The notes under the pieces are model-generated. The model saw only the letters and a program-made list of their open reading frames with translations, ran no database searches and had not been told where the DNA came from. The translations under genes were made by a program, and so were the position numbers. 64,000 nt of DNA from Podarcis cretensis (lineage: Eukaryota). Shown here piece by piece: positions 25,552 through 38,745 of this stretch. The DNA is taken from the NCBI GenBank assembly GCA_951804945.1, contig OX638151.1, positions 68,510,001-68,574,000 on the forward strand. Reading direction: 5' to 3'. Every line of letters starts with the position of its first letter. Position 1 is the stretch's first letter.

Positions 25552-25694
25552 CAGGTCCTCAATGCATGCCGTGTATGAGAACCTCAACAGTCCATTTCAT
25601 TATGCTCTTACTGCTACAGGGCTCTCTAGTAGGACTAATTCAGCCAGCTAGCCCTAGTGACTATCTAATGCTTATTAGATGGATTTTCCCCAAA

Positions 25695-25850
25695 TTGATT
25701 TTTGATTTTTATTGTTATTCATGTTTTTATACTGTATTTTATGCTGCTTTTACAATTAAGTGTTTTAATTTTGTTGTTAGCCACCCTGAGCCCGGTTTTC
25801 TGAACTGGGGAGGGTGGAGTATAAATAAAAAAATTGTTATTATTATTAGT
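25695..25850 (+). mobile_element. L2-clade LINE 3' tail
   Basis: T-rich UTR, then TTGTTAGCCACCCTGAGCCC...GGAGGGTGGAGTATAAATAAA and (TTA)n. Confidence 0.65.
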
Positions 25851-26418
25851 ATAAGAGACATTAGTAAAGAAAGTGTTTTATATGCGCTATAGCACTGTGA
25901 CACCAGATAGCAATGTGGAGTCCCGTCTTTTGCCAACGTGATTTCTCATTATGAAGTTTACAATGTGTTTTCCTGCAACACGTTTTTTTTTTTTTGGATG
26001 TGTCTAGAGATCCAGCCCCTGTCGCTGTTCTAGCCTTACAGATAGTCTTCTGCACTCCAGAAATCTCAGCAGCTGCTGCTGCTGCAGTAGCAGCAGCAGC
26101 ATGTCAAGGTAGACTGCTGCTGCAGATGTCTCTGGATCAATAAGGCTGAATCACAGCTAGGGAAGGCAATCTTTTGCTCTGTAGGGCACTGTACCAGTGA
26201 TTTTCCCATGCATGTGGATATCTCAGTGAACCCATCGTTTTATGCTACAACCAGGAACATGTTTCATCACCATCGCACAAAACCTTTCCAATTATAGATG
26301 TGTGGCATATTATTCTTTCATATATTCCAGAGCTTTGCCCTAGCAAACAAAGGGTGGCCATGTGTCTTACTTTACATAGGACAATTCTCTATTTGGAGGG
26401 CTGTCCTGCTCCTTACTG

Positions 26419-26881
26419 CAGAGGTTTTCAACCTTTTTGAGTCCATGGCTCCCTTGACCAACTACATTCTTTCTGAGGCACCCCTGTGGGGCTGAGGAGC
26501 CCAGTTATGTCACCCCTTGCCTGCAGAACTGGCAGCCCCTTACCCCTTTTTGAACAGCCTCCCTAGTGGAGTGTTCCCTCAGCCTCCTCTCCTCTCCCCT
26601 CTACTTCGGAGTCCTCCAGGCAGCAACTGCCACCCCAGGTCTCTGAGCTGCCCCCTCTGCCCCAAAGAGAGGTGTTTCCCAGAGGCACTGTTTGCCTGGG
26701 GAGCTTATAGCCAGGGCTACCGCAATAAACATGTGTGCAAGTCTTTGGGAGGCAGAGACCTGAGAGGGCATCAGAGGAAGGAGGGAAGGAAAGAGGGACA
26801 GAGGCCAGCGTTGCCCACAGCACCCCTGTCCATCGTTCAAGACACCCCAGGGTGCGACAGCACACTGGTTGAAAATCCCTG
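26419..26881. mobile_element. non-autonomous hAT DNA transposon
   Basis: TIRs CAGAGGTTTTCAACC / GGTTGAAAATCCCTG (13/15). 8-bp TSD CCTTACTG (26411-26418) vs CCCTACTG (26882-26889). Accounts for the GC-rich spurious ORFs here. Confidence 0.85.
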
Positions 26882-29380
26882 CCCTACTGACTGGGTGGTG
26901 GGCACTAGAAGGACTCCTGTGTTGTTAATTAGGTTAAACTGCTCTTTAAACCAATAACCTCTGGTGGTTCAGGTGAGGGAAGGGGAGTAGTGACCCCCTT
27001 TATGCACCTTTCTGAGTGATGGGCTCATCCTGAAGCTTACTCTCTGGGCTCTAGGGCTGCCCTTGAAGCTAAACTGCTTTATTGAACCAAAGCTATGGGG
27101 CCTCAGGGTGTGTGGGGTGGAACAGCATAGCCTTCCTACTCACCTTCATGGTGGCTCTTGGGAATGGGCAGGCTGGACAGCTGTGCATCCAGGTCCTGCA
27201 GGCAGGGCTTTTGGTTGCCCTAAAGGCTGCATATTATTTCAGATCCATGCTTGCTCCTGCACCAATAGTGTTTCCCCAGCAGGGTTTTTTTTAATGGGTT
27301 TTAATCTTAAATAAAGCAGTCCTAGTTCAACCCACCCCATGTGTCTTCTTTATCCGGCTATCAGGTCGCAATGCAGTTTGCCCACTACCATCTAATATGT
27401 TCATAGTTGGTTAGGTTTCCCATGTTCGGTTTCAATACTCTCTCAAGTAGAAAGCACAGCTCTCCCCAAACCCATTCAAAAAGATTTAGAAAGGGGAAAC
27501 AAGCAAAGGGAATGTCTCCGTTTATAACTCCCTTTTCAACAAATGTAGGCATTCTCTGCTACTATAATCTGCGGCTTGATATTTAGTATCTCCAATTATT
27601 TGTCTCTTTGGAGTAATTGTTTATTTTAATGTGCGACAGTTTATCCTCAGTGACTTGCTACTAGTGCTTCAGACGATTGTTCTGCCTACATATCTTTAGC
27701 ACAGGGACAGTGAGAGATAAATATGTACAATAAAATTAAGGCAATGTAAAATATCATTGAAAGAAGCTAATATCTTTAAATCCAAACTATACCTTTGAAT
27801 CTAGTTAGGAAGCTTCACCTAGTTCAGCCTGTGTTTGCATGACTGCTGTCTGGGGTGGGAGGGAGGGAGGATGGTGTTTGCAAACCAGAGCATATTATGT
27901 ATGCATTAAGTCACCTTCACTGGCTACCAGTTTCTTTCTAGGCTGAGCTCAAAATCACCTGGTGTTGAAAGCAGTCTGTAAAGCAGTCTAGGAATAAAGT
28001 CCTTTTCAGAAGCTAGCTCACATGTTAAAATCAACATATGAGCTGGGCAGATCTTGGTAGCCCCATCCCAATAGCCCCCCTTGATATGCATGAGTTGAAC
28101 ATGTGTGAAAAGGTAAAACCTACATGTGTAGGGCACTGACATCAAGGAACTGATATCAAAACATTTAAACAATAAAATTAATTCATTGCTGATGTTCTAT
28201 TTGAAATACTGAACTCTATGCAGGGCTACCATGAGAATGGTCTGGAAGCTGCAGCTGGTACAGAATTTATGTAGTAAAATCCCATCTGGTTGCTTGGACT
28301 TTCTCTGACCAATTGAACTAGAAACTTATCTGTTTCTTAGTTTTTAGTTTCTTAGTTCTTAGTTTTTAGTTTTAAATTGTTTCAACACGTGTTTTTACTG
28401 TTGTATACCACTTTGAGTTTTCTTTAAGTCTAAGTAATTTAGAACTATTACAAAAAACAAATAAAACAGAAACACAGAAAAATAATACCATAGTAAAAAT
28501 TATGAACACTACAGTGCAGCAGAAACTTATAAAACAAAACAGGACCAAAAACAAACCATTGGAAACTAAATATATATAATCAACTAGCCACAAAAGTCTT
28601 CCCAAAGAGTCAGGCTTTAAAGGAAGGCTGAGCAAAAGTAGTCTGCCCCATTCGATGGGGATGAAAGTAGTAGGGCATTAAGCTGAATATCATCAAAGAG
28701 GATGGTGGAGATTTTCTTCAATAGTCAGTGTTGAGAAAGAAGAGAAAATTCTCAGCAAAGCCTTTTCTGAGAAACTTCAGCTCAGTTAATACTGAATGAA
28801 ACTATATTGTTGCAGTTCACAATGATGCATAAAAGAAGAGATGGGCTTACAGGGGAGGACTGGAAGTAGGAGGGCGGTGGGACAAATGTGTGATGTCTGT
28901 GCCATATTAACAGTCAACACTGGCCCTGAGGGAATAGTGGATGGTGTAGTAGGGCATCAGTCATCTGACCAACCATCGGTCATGTTGCTGCTAAGTGAGA
29001 GGTAGGGGGTGGCAGTAAAGTCTGTATGGTGCAAACCCATGGGCAAATCCAATCTGGTGCTTTTGCCAGTGTGCTTGCACCATGCTGGCCTTGCCATCAC
29101 TGGCTTGCCCATCCATCTCCTGGAAAGCAGCAACAACATGACAAATCTGAGGTGTGGTAAGTACTACCACCCCACTATGTCATCAATTACTGCCTCACTG
29201 AGCTCAATGGGACTTGCTTTGGGGTGGACCTGTATAGTACTGTGCTGTCTCCAGACTGAGAAGATTTTGGAGCATCACTTGATGTATCTTTCTTAATGCC
29301 AAGTTACACTTGATGCCATGGCAACTTTGACTCCACAAGTAGAAAGAAAGAAATATTTTCAGTTAATCTTGTGTTCAGTA

Positions 29381-29745
29381 AAAAGGTAAAGGTAAAGGTA
29401 CCCCTGCCCGTATGGGCCAGTCTTGACAGACTCTGGGGTTGTGCGCCCATCTCACTTAAGAGGCCAGGGGCCAGCGCTGTCCGGAGACACTTCCGGGTCA
29501 CGTGGCCAGCGTGACATTGCTGCTCTGGCGAGTCAGAGCCGCACACAGAAACGCCGTTTACCTTCCCGCTGGTAAGCGGTCTCTATTTATCTACTTGCAC
29601 CCGGGGGTGCTTTCGAACTGCTAGGTTGGCAGGCGCTGGGACCGAGCAGCGGGAGCGCACCCCGCCGCAGGGATTCGAACCGCCGACCTTTCGATCGGCA
29701 AGCCCTAGGCGCTGAGGCTTTTACCCACAGCGCCACCCGCGTCCC
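29381..29745 (-). mobile_element. Sauria SINE (Squam1), young subfamily B, full length
   Basis: About 8 mismatches to the 25200 copy by manual comparison. TSD CTTGTGTTCAGTA at 29368-29380 and 29759-29771, with 13 extra nt at the 5' junction. Confidence 0.95.
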
Positions 29746-31310
29746 AACCCGCGTTATACTTGTGTTCAGTATAACATTGCAAACTCTTTCCATGCCAATA
29801 CTTTCAAGTTACCTTCTTTAAAGGTAGTAAGAGGGAAATGAAAATGTGATGCAAACACCCAGTGTTCTTTGAAGTAAGGGCACCAGATGCACCTCCATTG
29901 AATCCAGTTTGTGAATTAGATATAATTTCTGTCTTAAAAAATAACATTAAAAAATAGTAAATTAGTCTGTTTCTACTAAGTAAGGCAGATATATGACTGA
30001 GGTGGTGGCAACATGGTGACTAGTGATTTAAAGGTACTTGTGTAACAGGATATGCTCTGGGTGATACGAATTCCTGACAGCAAATTTTATTTGTATAGAG
30101 CGACTTTCTAAAACATATCTTTTGTCCTTCTTTTTGTCACCAGGCTACATGATCATAATAATTTTGACAGGCTGTGAAAGCCATGCTGTCATAGGTAAGA
30201 CATTAACAGTGACACAGTGACATGAAGTGTTCTGAGTCCACTGCCAAACTTCAAACTATGTATCTGTCCCAGGCTATAATGTGATGTGAACAGCTCTGCT
30301 AAGCTCCTCACTGGCAGTTCTTTAACTGCTTCAATCTTATGAGGAGGTGGTAATCTCATCGTTCTGAATAGCCCATTATCGTTATCTTTTCACTTCAATA
30401 AAGAGCAGCTGTAAAAAATGACATGACCTCTGTGACAAGGGGAAGGGGGGGCAAAGGAAGCAGCCATTAGTAAACTTCTCCACAGAAGATATGCCAGTAG
30501 CTTGAAATGTGTTGTTGGCATCTTGATATTACTGAGTAATGATAGAAAACCAGCCGTACGTAGGCAAGAGAAGTAAGCCTCAAAACTTACCTCTCCCCAC
30601 CCCCACAAATATTTTATGTGGCAGAGAGCCATAAATCATACCCATATACAACAAAGTATACCCAGCTGGGCAATTATTAGACTGTAATTTTTACTTAGCA
30701 ATTCCTAAAACCATCTTGTGCAAGATTATCTCTCATGGTTTACAACCTCAGCCATGTCCCTCGTGTAAGATAATGCTTAGCCCTATGCTTCCCTAAAGGT
30801 TACTTTTTATTCTCTATTTAGAGCTAATTCAGTGCAATATCTTTCTTTTTTAAAGATTCAATCTTACTTTCCCAGCAGGAGGAAATGCTCAGGAGTGCCA
30901 TTACACATTTGATGTCATATTTATTCTCAGCTGCAAATTCAAGTAATGCAAAGAATTCAATGAGATATCTATGAGACAATCTAACAGATGCTCTTCTAGA
31001 TGAAATTCACAGTTTACCTCATTACTAGCCTGAATATTTTCTGCAATGGGCACACTAGAGTTTCATAGCCAAGATGGTTGCTGGTTTACAGCTAGGTCAA
31101 ATCATTTTCTATGTTTTTAGATTATTTCTATTACCATCTTATACTGTACTGACATTTTATATTAACATTCTAATCTCTGCAGGCCTGTGATGGATTGGTG
31201 ATTGAGGACATCAGGAATAGGTCAGCATCCAGTGATACAGCTGTTACCAGGGAGTTTCGGAAATATGTAAAGATGTGTGACAAAGGAGAAGCTATTGAAC
31301 TCAACAACCT

Positions 31311-31510
31311 AGGCCCCATCTGCACTTTACATTTATGGCAATATCAAACCATTTTAAACAGCTGTAGCTTCCTCCAAAGAATCTTGGGAACTGTAGTTTG
31401 CTAAGGGCATTGAGGGTTGTCAGGAGACACCTATCCCCTCGCAGAGCGACAGTTCCCAGAGTTCCTTGGGAAGAGGGTTTGATTGTTATACCAATCTTGA
31501 AATTAGTCCA
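31311..31510. mobile_element. fragment of a common lizard MITE-like repeat
   Basis: GGCCCCATCTGCACT..TACATTT...CAAAGAATCTTGGGAACTGTAGTTTG...CAGTTCCCAGAG, with an internal inverted TGGGAACTGT/ACAGTTCCCA pair. Family recalled, not verified. Confidence 0.55.
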
Positions 31511-32467
31511 GGACATGTGGATCAGGTTGGTTTATACTGGAATTTGCAAAGATCAATGTCCTCAGATGTCTCTACTTCCAGGAAAGAAACATATGCACTA
31601 ACTTTACATTACTTTTGTGATAATGGTAACAAAACAAAATGCAGTAAGCCACCAGCATTCAGATTTAGATCCCATTGTTTTCTGTAGCTAAGAACAAACC
31701 TTAACTTTTGCTAGTGGCTTGTTTGGAGAGGAAGAAGCCATGGGTTCAGACTACACAAGCCAGATCATGCCTTATTTTCCTACAGCGTGGAAATGATGGA
31801 GCAGCAAGTAAATTGAGATGCAGTAGAATATATACTTAAGGAGGCAGGTGTTTATGTTCTCTAATAAAACTCAAGGCAGAAGAGCACTATTGGGAAACAG
31901 TACTTCTTGCTCAGCCACAGGTGTCTTCTACATTTGGGAAAGGAAGTCCACTGAAATCACATACAATATAAGATACAACCAAAACTTTCACTCCTTTAAA
32001 TATCCTTTATATCACAGACTAATCAACCCATCACAATAATCTTAACAAGGGGCCAAGGAGTAGAGAACGTAACACTCCAATGCTTTGGCTCACTATCATG
32101 CCTCAGTTCTCGCAAAACTATTTTATGTTTTCACATTAGGTTCACAACTCTATAAAGGAACCAGAAAGCAGTAAGCTACATAATACAAATGTATTTATCC
32201 TTTGCTTAACTATCACCTTTGATAACTACAGATATGAAGTTCTCATTAAATGAAAGTATGGGATCTATGAAATTTCTCATATCTGAAGTCACCCCCCCCC
32301 AAAAAAATTGCACAAAATCACGTAGGTAGCTTGTAGTCCTACATGATTTCTGCAACAATTTAGGACATGCACAGCAAAAGGCATGCAATTTATTCATTGT
32401 TCCCAAGGTGATTTCTTCATTTTTAAAAAATGGAAAGAGTTTAAATAGATACAAAGCAACATCCTCA

Positions 32468-32674
<207 letters not shown>

Positions 32675-33998
32675 CTACAAATCTCAAATGACAACAACAC
32701 CCTAGTATTGTCGATGCATTAAAGCTATGTGGAGTTTCATTCATAAAAGAAAATATTTCCATTCCACTTGGAACAAACTAGTTATAGCTGCTGGTTTTAG
32801 AAAACTTGTAGGGGTATTAATATGTCATGTTACACAGAACTGCAGCTTGTGGCAAGACTTTAGTGTAATATAAAGCTAAGTATCTCAGTATTTATGACAA
32901 AGAAGTTCTATATTTCTAAGTGCCATAGCTGCAGATGAATATTTGAAATTCTAAAACTGCCTGATACAGGTGTAGAAATTCAGAAACTAGGTCAATGGAG
33001 AGTTTCTAACAGTGTAAGGAGGACAGGGGCAGGACTTCCATATTTAGCACAGCTTTCTGTTACTCCTTGTAACACTCCTTCTTCTCTCCATTGCATCTGC
33101 ATCCATGGACCAACCTTCTAGGCACCCCTTTTTATTTCTTTGCTAGAGTCTTTGCCAAAACAAACAAACAAAAATTCCAAAACAACCTCTGATATTTCTA
33201 CAAGACTAAATTAAGGGGGGGGGGGCTTTATGCTAATGTGCCTCATTTTCACAATAATTAAATTGATTATACAGGCCCATTATATCACTTATGTGGAAAA
33301 TTGTTTTCCAAGCTAGTATAAACACAGCCATAAGGCTATGCATCCTCATTTTGTTATTTAGTAAATGTTCTTTGTTCTATCCATGTTAAACACTGTGTCT
33401 GTGTTTTAGTTATTCAATGCTATTATATTCCATTTAGTTAATTTTACACACTGTCATCATTAAATTCTTTTTATTAGTTTGATAGCTCATATTTCTGTGG
33501 TCATTACAGTGCTTTTGTTTTTGACCACCTTCCACATTTTGACATCCTTTTTCATAATAATAAATTGCTGTGTGTACCATATGTTATATTTCAAATGCAA
33601 TCTTTGCATAAAAGTGTGTTTGTATGTGGGCGGAATAACTGGATCCAGACCAGCACAGGAGCTTCATTGTGGAGGAAGGAGAAAGTTATTTTGCATTCTG
33701 CCTGTGCCTCCTCACCACTAAAATGATGCTCCAGAAGTCTCCAAAATTGGAACAACTGGGGGGGGGGGATTGAAGCTGTAGGCTATAGGAGAAAGTTGGT
33801 ATTTGTAAAGATAACCTCCCTCTTCCTGCAGTGGAAGTTTCCATTGGATCTCAGGCAAGTCTGAACCCAACCCATTGTGTTTTGATAAGAATAGTAGTTC
33901 TTGTTCTACAATTCAATGAAAATCATTTCGTTCCACTTTGGTCACAGTTTTTGATTCACCATAGTTTGCTACTTTGTTTGAACCAAACAAATTGTGGT

Positions 33999-34078
33999 TA
34001 ATCTTAACTATGGTTTGTTGAAACAAGCCAACTTCAAAACATGTAGCAGGCTTGTTCAACAAAGCACAGTTAAGATTA
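33999..34078. repeat. inverted repeat, core of a decayed palindromic MITE
   Basis: TAATCTTAACTATGGTTTGTTGAAACAAGCC vs GGCTTGTTCAACAAAGCACAGTTAAGATTA, with a 19-nt spacer. Confidence 0.75.
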
Positions 34079-35537
34079 GAATTATATCCAGACCTCAAGC
34101 TGTTATTAAAGTGTAGCTAATCAAAAACCAAAGCAAAAACTTCAAATCTCCTCAGTGTAGAGACATTGGAGGAAATAGGGGATAATGCCTGATTCCAAAA
34201 CTCATTCCCATCATAGCAGAACATGGTGGCCCCATGTTACACAAAAGCATGGCATTTTCATCAGTTGCACATATAGCTGTAACCAGAAGAGCATAGTTGA
34301 AGCAGAGTCACCAAACCAGAACGTATGTTGACTGTAACATTTTATTAGCTATAGCTTCACAGAGGAAAATGGCATGGCATAAGGCCAAGATCCTATTTCT
34401 GTGTGATCCAGCAGGACTGCTATATTCTTATAAAGGAGAGGATGAAAAGGAAGCAGTTCAATGGATATTCATTCTTAGGCCCATGCACTAGAATTCAAAC
34501 ATCTCTGACACACCTGAACAGCTGTGTGTGAGATAGCTGAAATGTGAATAATTGTTGCGCACATGTGTAAACAATAACTAACATTTCTAAAGGCAAAAAT
34601 AGGAGCAGAGTTCTACTATGGAACAGAAAACACAGGCTGCCATGGTTATTGGGAGTGTGTGATACTCATCATGCAATAGGTAATAGCCTAGCTCTAAAAA
34701 GCTTATTGTCCCCTAGTATGGCTCTTGTTCTTGGGCAAATTGTTTAATACAAAGCAACAATCCATCAGTGACTGATTGTGTCATAATGGATAATAGCTTG
34801 TTGCTCACCCAAGTTATCATGAGATAACTGCAATTATATCAACAATGTCGCCATCAAATACTCTTTGTGTCTGTATTTTTTAAAAGCTCAGGCTAGGACC
34901 ATTATGCTTAAGTGAAAGTTAGCAACATTAGACAGGAGTGCTTTAGGTACCCCAAAATGTTATTTTCTTAGAAGTAAACACTTACAAATCCCTTCAGTCT
35001 GGAAGAAAACATGCAATGATGGTTGCAGTATTGTATCACTGCATGAGAAGTGATTGCTATAATACAAGACATATTTTTGTCCCATATCTTTTTACCATTT
35101 TAATCACTATAGCTCAGCTACTGTGTTGGATCCTCATAAACAGAATTCTCCAGCCAAATGCTCAAGAGTGCAAGGCAGGGAATGATACAAGAGCTACAGC
35201 ACCAATGGGGGGGGGGGAATAACCACAATACTATCAAGTTCATCATGCACACATGTGGACAGTGGATGAGAAAACCCAACACTCTCATTTTCCAAATGAA
35301 ATGAGAAACTGTTTCAGAAATGAGAGGTTGAAAGTAAGCTTTGAAGTCTCAGGACTAGAGAGACTGCAGAGGGTCCTGAAGTTTGGGAAAGTCAGGCAGG
35401 GATTCAGCAGGCTTGCCAGCATTCAGCATGATGAGATAAAATATGACTAGCAAGACTTACAAAAGACTGCTTGAACCTCTGTGGAGTTCATGGAATCTTT
35501 TGCAGGATTCAGCTTGCTGCTGTTCCCTTCCTTAGGC

Positions 35538-35540
<3 letters not shown>

Positions 35541-35590
<50 letters not shown>
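35541..35590. repeat. (TC)25 microsatellite
   Basis: Read directly from the sequence. Confidence 0.97.
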
Positions 35591-35594
<4 letters not shown>

Positions 35595-36085
35595 CCTGTT
35601 TATTTGTTAAGGGACCAGAAGTCTCAAACTAGTGACTCTGGCAGCTCTGGAAGATAGTTATCCCTGAGCCACCTTGGTAGATCATAGCTGTCAGCCCAGC
35701 CAGGATCAGGTGACAGGAGGAGTCAGCAGGCTCCCACCCAGCTGTTATACTGCCTGATGAACCGTCTGTTTGCCTCCCAGCCACCAACTCATTGAACATT
35801 CCTGCCTTTACCATCACCAGCTCAGTCTTCTCTTGTGTTTTCTAGGACCTTGCTTCCAACTCACTTGGTATGAGATGTGAGGTTATTATAAAATAAAAGC
35901 AAAGGTATGCCACAGATTATAAAAGGCATGAGCAACACTGGGAGGAAATGATGCAAGTGTAGATAGTGGAATGAAAAGGGAAGAGGGTATAAAAGTAATG
36001 AGGGTACAAATTGTGGGCATAATTGCAATAATGAATTGGGAAACTAGAAAGTAGTTTGAAGAGCTGAACATACAGAAATTATACA

Positions 36086-36117
36086 TGAATGAATGAATGA
36101 ATGAATGAATGAATGAA
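36086..36117. repeat. (TGAA)8 microsatellite
   Basis: Read directly from the sequence. Confidence 0.95.
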
Positions 36118-38384
36118 AGAAACCAGGACTTAGACTGTCAACTGAGAGAGAGACAATGTTGGACTATACGAGCCAGCAATGCAGCTCTTATGTTATTTCT
36201 GCAAAGGACAGAAATATAAGCTAATTATTCATTAAAAAGAGATTGTGCAAATATAAAGTATTTAGTATGCCAGTCTTATGCCACACCACTGTGCTTTAAA
36301 AATATCCATAGGAACAAGATAGCACTCATAAGGAGAAAACTAGTTTTTAACATTTTCAGTCCAAAGTAAAATGTTTGAAAATCCACAATTTCTGTAAACA
36401 ATAGGAGTTGGCTAGGCAGTTTTCTTTCTAGATATTGCTTTTTAGGGTTCACTGCTTTTAAAGAAACAGTTTCAAAGCCTGGGCTGGCAACCCTGATAGG
36501 AGAGGAAGCCAGCCCGTTTGAAAATAACATGTTTGAAATGAATCCTGCATTCCATCCCCCATGACAATGGAGAGAAAGTCTACCTGTGGTTTTGCAAAAT
36601 GTGAATGTCTATCATTAAAAGGGCTCTGCATTGAAAAATACTTTAAAGCCAACAGTCTGCAAAAGCCAACCAGAAAAATCTTCACTGTGCTATGAAGATG
36701 AGGCCATCAGACCCAATGAGCTTCTATACTAGGGATTTGGCATATCAACACAGCTCAGCAGGAAGCTTAAAAAGATTTTAAGACTAGGCTCAGTCAATTA
36801 TTCAGTCAATTTACTATTGATTGAATAATATCCAGTCAATAGTAATTTTGGTTGTGGCTCAACCTGCGGAAGTGTCTCTGAGAGAATTTAGCAGATGAGA
36901 TCCCCAACATTAAACCTTCTCTATTTTCACTTCTCTACCCAGGCCGGCTTTAAAAAACATTTCCTCCTCTGCCCTCATTCCTTTTAATTGTTTGAAAATT
37001 TAATCCAGAACAAGCCTGGCATTTCTGTAACTACAGATGCATAAGCTTAGACACTGGCTGGGAAACCTGCCATCAACATTTACACTTGATGCACATACAT
37101 TGTCTTTTGGCTCTGCACACTCATGTCCATCTGCTTTGATGGCCTGGTGCCCACTCATCAGTCAGTTGGAGTGTTTGACTGGGTCTTAGCGCCAAGTAAT
37201 GGCCTTTGACAGGCAGCATCCATAACCTTGCCAGTTCTTTTGCACAAAGTAGGTTTCCCCCCGACAAGCTCAAAACACTGGTGTACAACGTCCCTTTGCA
37301 TTTCTCAACCACTTTTGTGAAACTGCATGCACTAATTTATTATAGCAACATAAAATGAAGATGCTATTGAACAGAAGAACAATAGAATGCTGCTGAAGCA
37401 CCTACATGCATAAGAAAAAAGAACTGAAGGCAGAACAAACCAAAGACAAATAACAGAAGAAAAACTTATGAATAAGGTGCTGAAATGGGAAAGGAAGCTT
37501 TGTTTGTCACTGCAGTAGGTTGCAGAATGAGTTTGGCTGCAAACCTATGTTCACTTATTTTGGGATAACCTCCACTCAACTCCATGAGACTTATGCATAA
37601 GTAAAAAACAACAACATTAGGATACATGTTACAGCACATTCCACATCTGTGCATCATACTATCAGTTAATTGTCTGGGTCTTTTACAGGTGTGCAAGACT
37701 ACTGGTAACAAAGGAATTGCTCAGTGATGGAGACCCATCACTGGTTCTCATGGGGATTTCAACAGCAATAGGAAAAATGGTGATGGGTAAAGGCTTATGC
37801 AAATCCTGAAGCACTGGGTGGAAAAAGTACTGTAATGATCTATTTTATGGTGGTTTTATTGGTATTTGGTTTATCCTTTTAATTGATGGATTGTTTTATT
37901 GAATCTGTAAACTGCATTGGGGACGTAGTAATAAATAATGCTGGCTGTTTAAATAGCCCGCTGTTTCAACCAGTCAGACTACTGATAACTAGATTACTAC
38001 TTGGATTTGCATATTATTGTAGAAATGAATTTCAAACAATTAATGATGAAAATCAAAGGTTATGATTTTTTCAAAAAGAAAGGCCAAGGAAAGCATTCCT
38101 GAACCACTGATGGCTATAGACTAGAACATGCTGACTCTTTTAAGTATCTGAGGATCTGGTTTCATGGCTCTACTATTTCAACCAACCACACTTATCTGTT
38201 CCTGCAGAGGGAGGGGAAATTGCTGAAAACTTCTTTCCTGTCCATTGTGTTTTACTGCCTGCTGCACTGGAGAAAAGTAAATCTGTATAAATATATTAAT
38301 GGAAGCTACAACTTGGTGAGCTAAGCTCCAGGTGCCGGTACTTACAACTGCTAAGGTAACTACACAAAGATCATCCCTTTAATA

Positions 38385-38745
38385 ATATACCCAACGGATC
38401 CCTGTGCTCAGCAGGAGAGGAGATCCTGCAGATACCATCGTATCAGGAAGCCAATGACACACAATGTCAGAATCAAGCTTTCAGTGTGGCATCATCTATC
38501 TTTAGGAATTCTGTCCTGTAACATTTCAGACAGGCACCATACCTCTATGTTCTTTTCAATGCCCACTGAAGACCTTCTTCTTTCAAGAAGTGCCCATTTC
38601 TATTCCAGTGGGTATTTTCATTGAATTTCAAATTGTTTTTATATATGCGATTGTTTTAGACATGTTTTTATTGTACTGTGAACTCACCATGAGAGGCTTC
38701 ATAGGAATTGCTTCATAAATGAAATATATAATAATAAATAATATA
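38385..38745 (+). mobile_element. decayed L2-clade LINE 3' fragment
   Basis: GCTTTCAGTGTGGCA...GGAATTCTGTCC...CTGAAGACCTTCTTCTTT (the AFSV..WN.L..LKT.LF motif of the L2 ORF2 end), then a T-rich UTR and (ATA)n tail. Confidence 0.65.

Noticed and set aside
26068-26125. CTG/CAG inverted triplet patch
   Set aside because: Short, interrupted and non-coding; too small to matter as an expansion or structure.
26517-26957. 146-aa Pro/Leu-rich ORF and overlapping antisense ORFs
   Set aside because: Lies within a GC-rich hAT MITE bounded by TIRs and a TSD; no transposase motifs.
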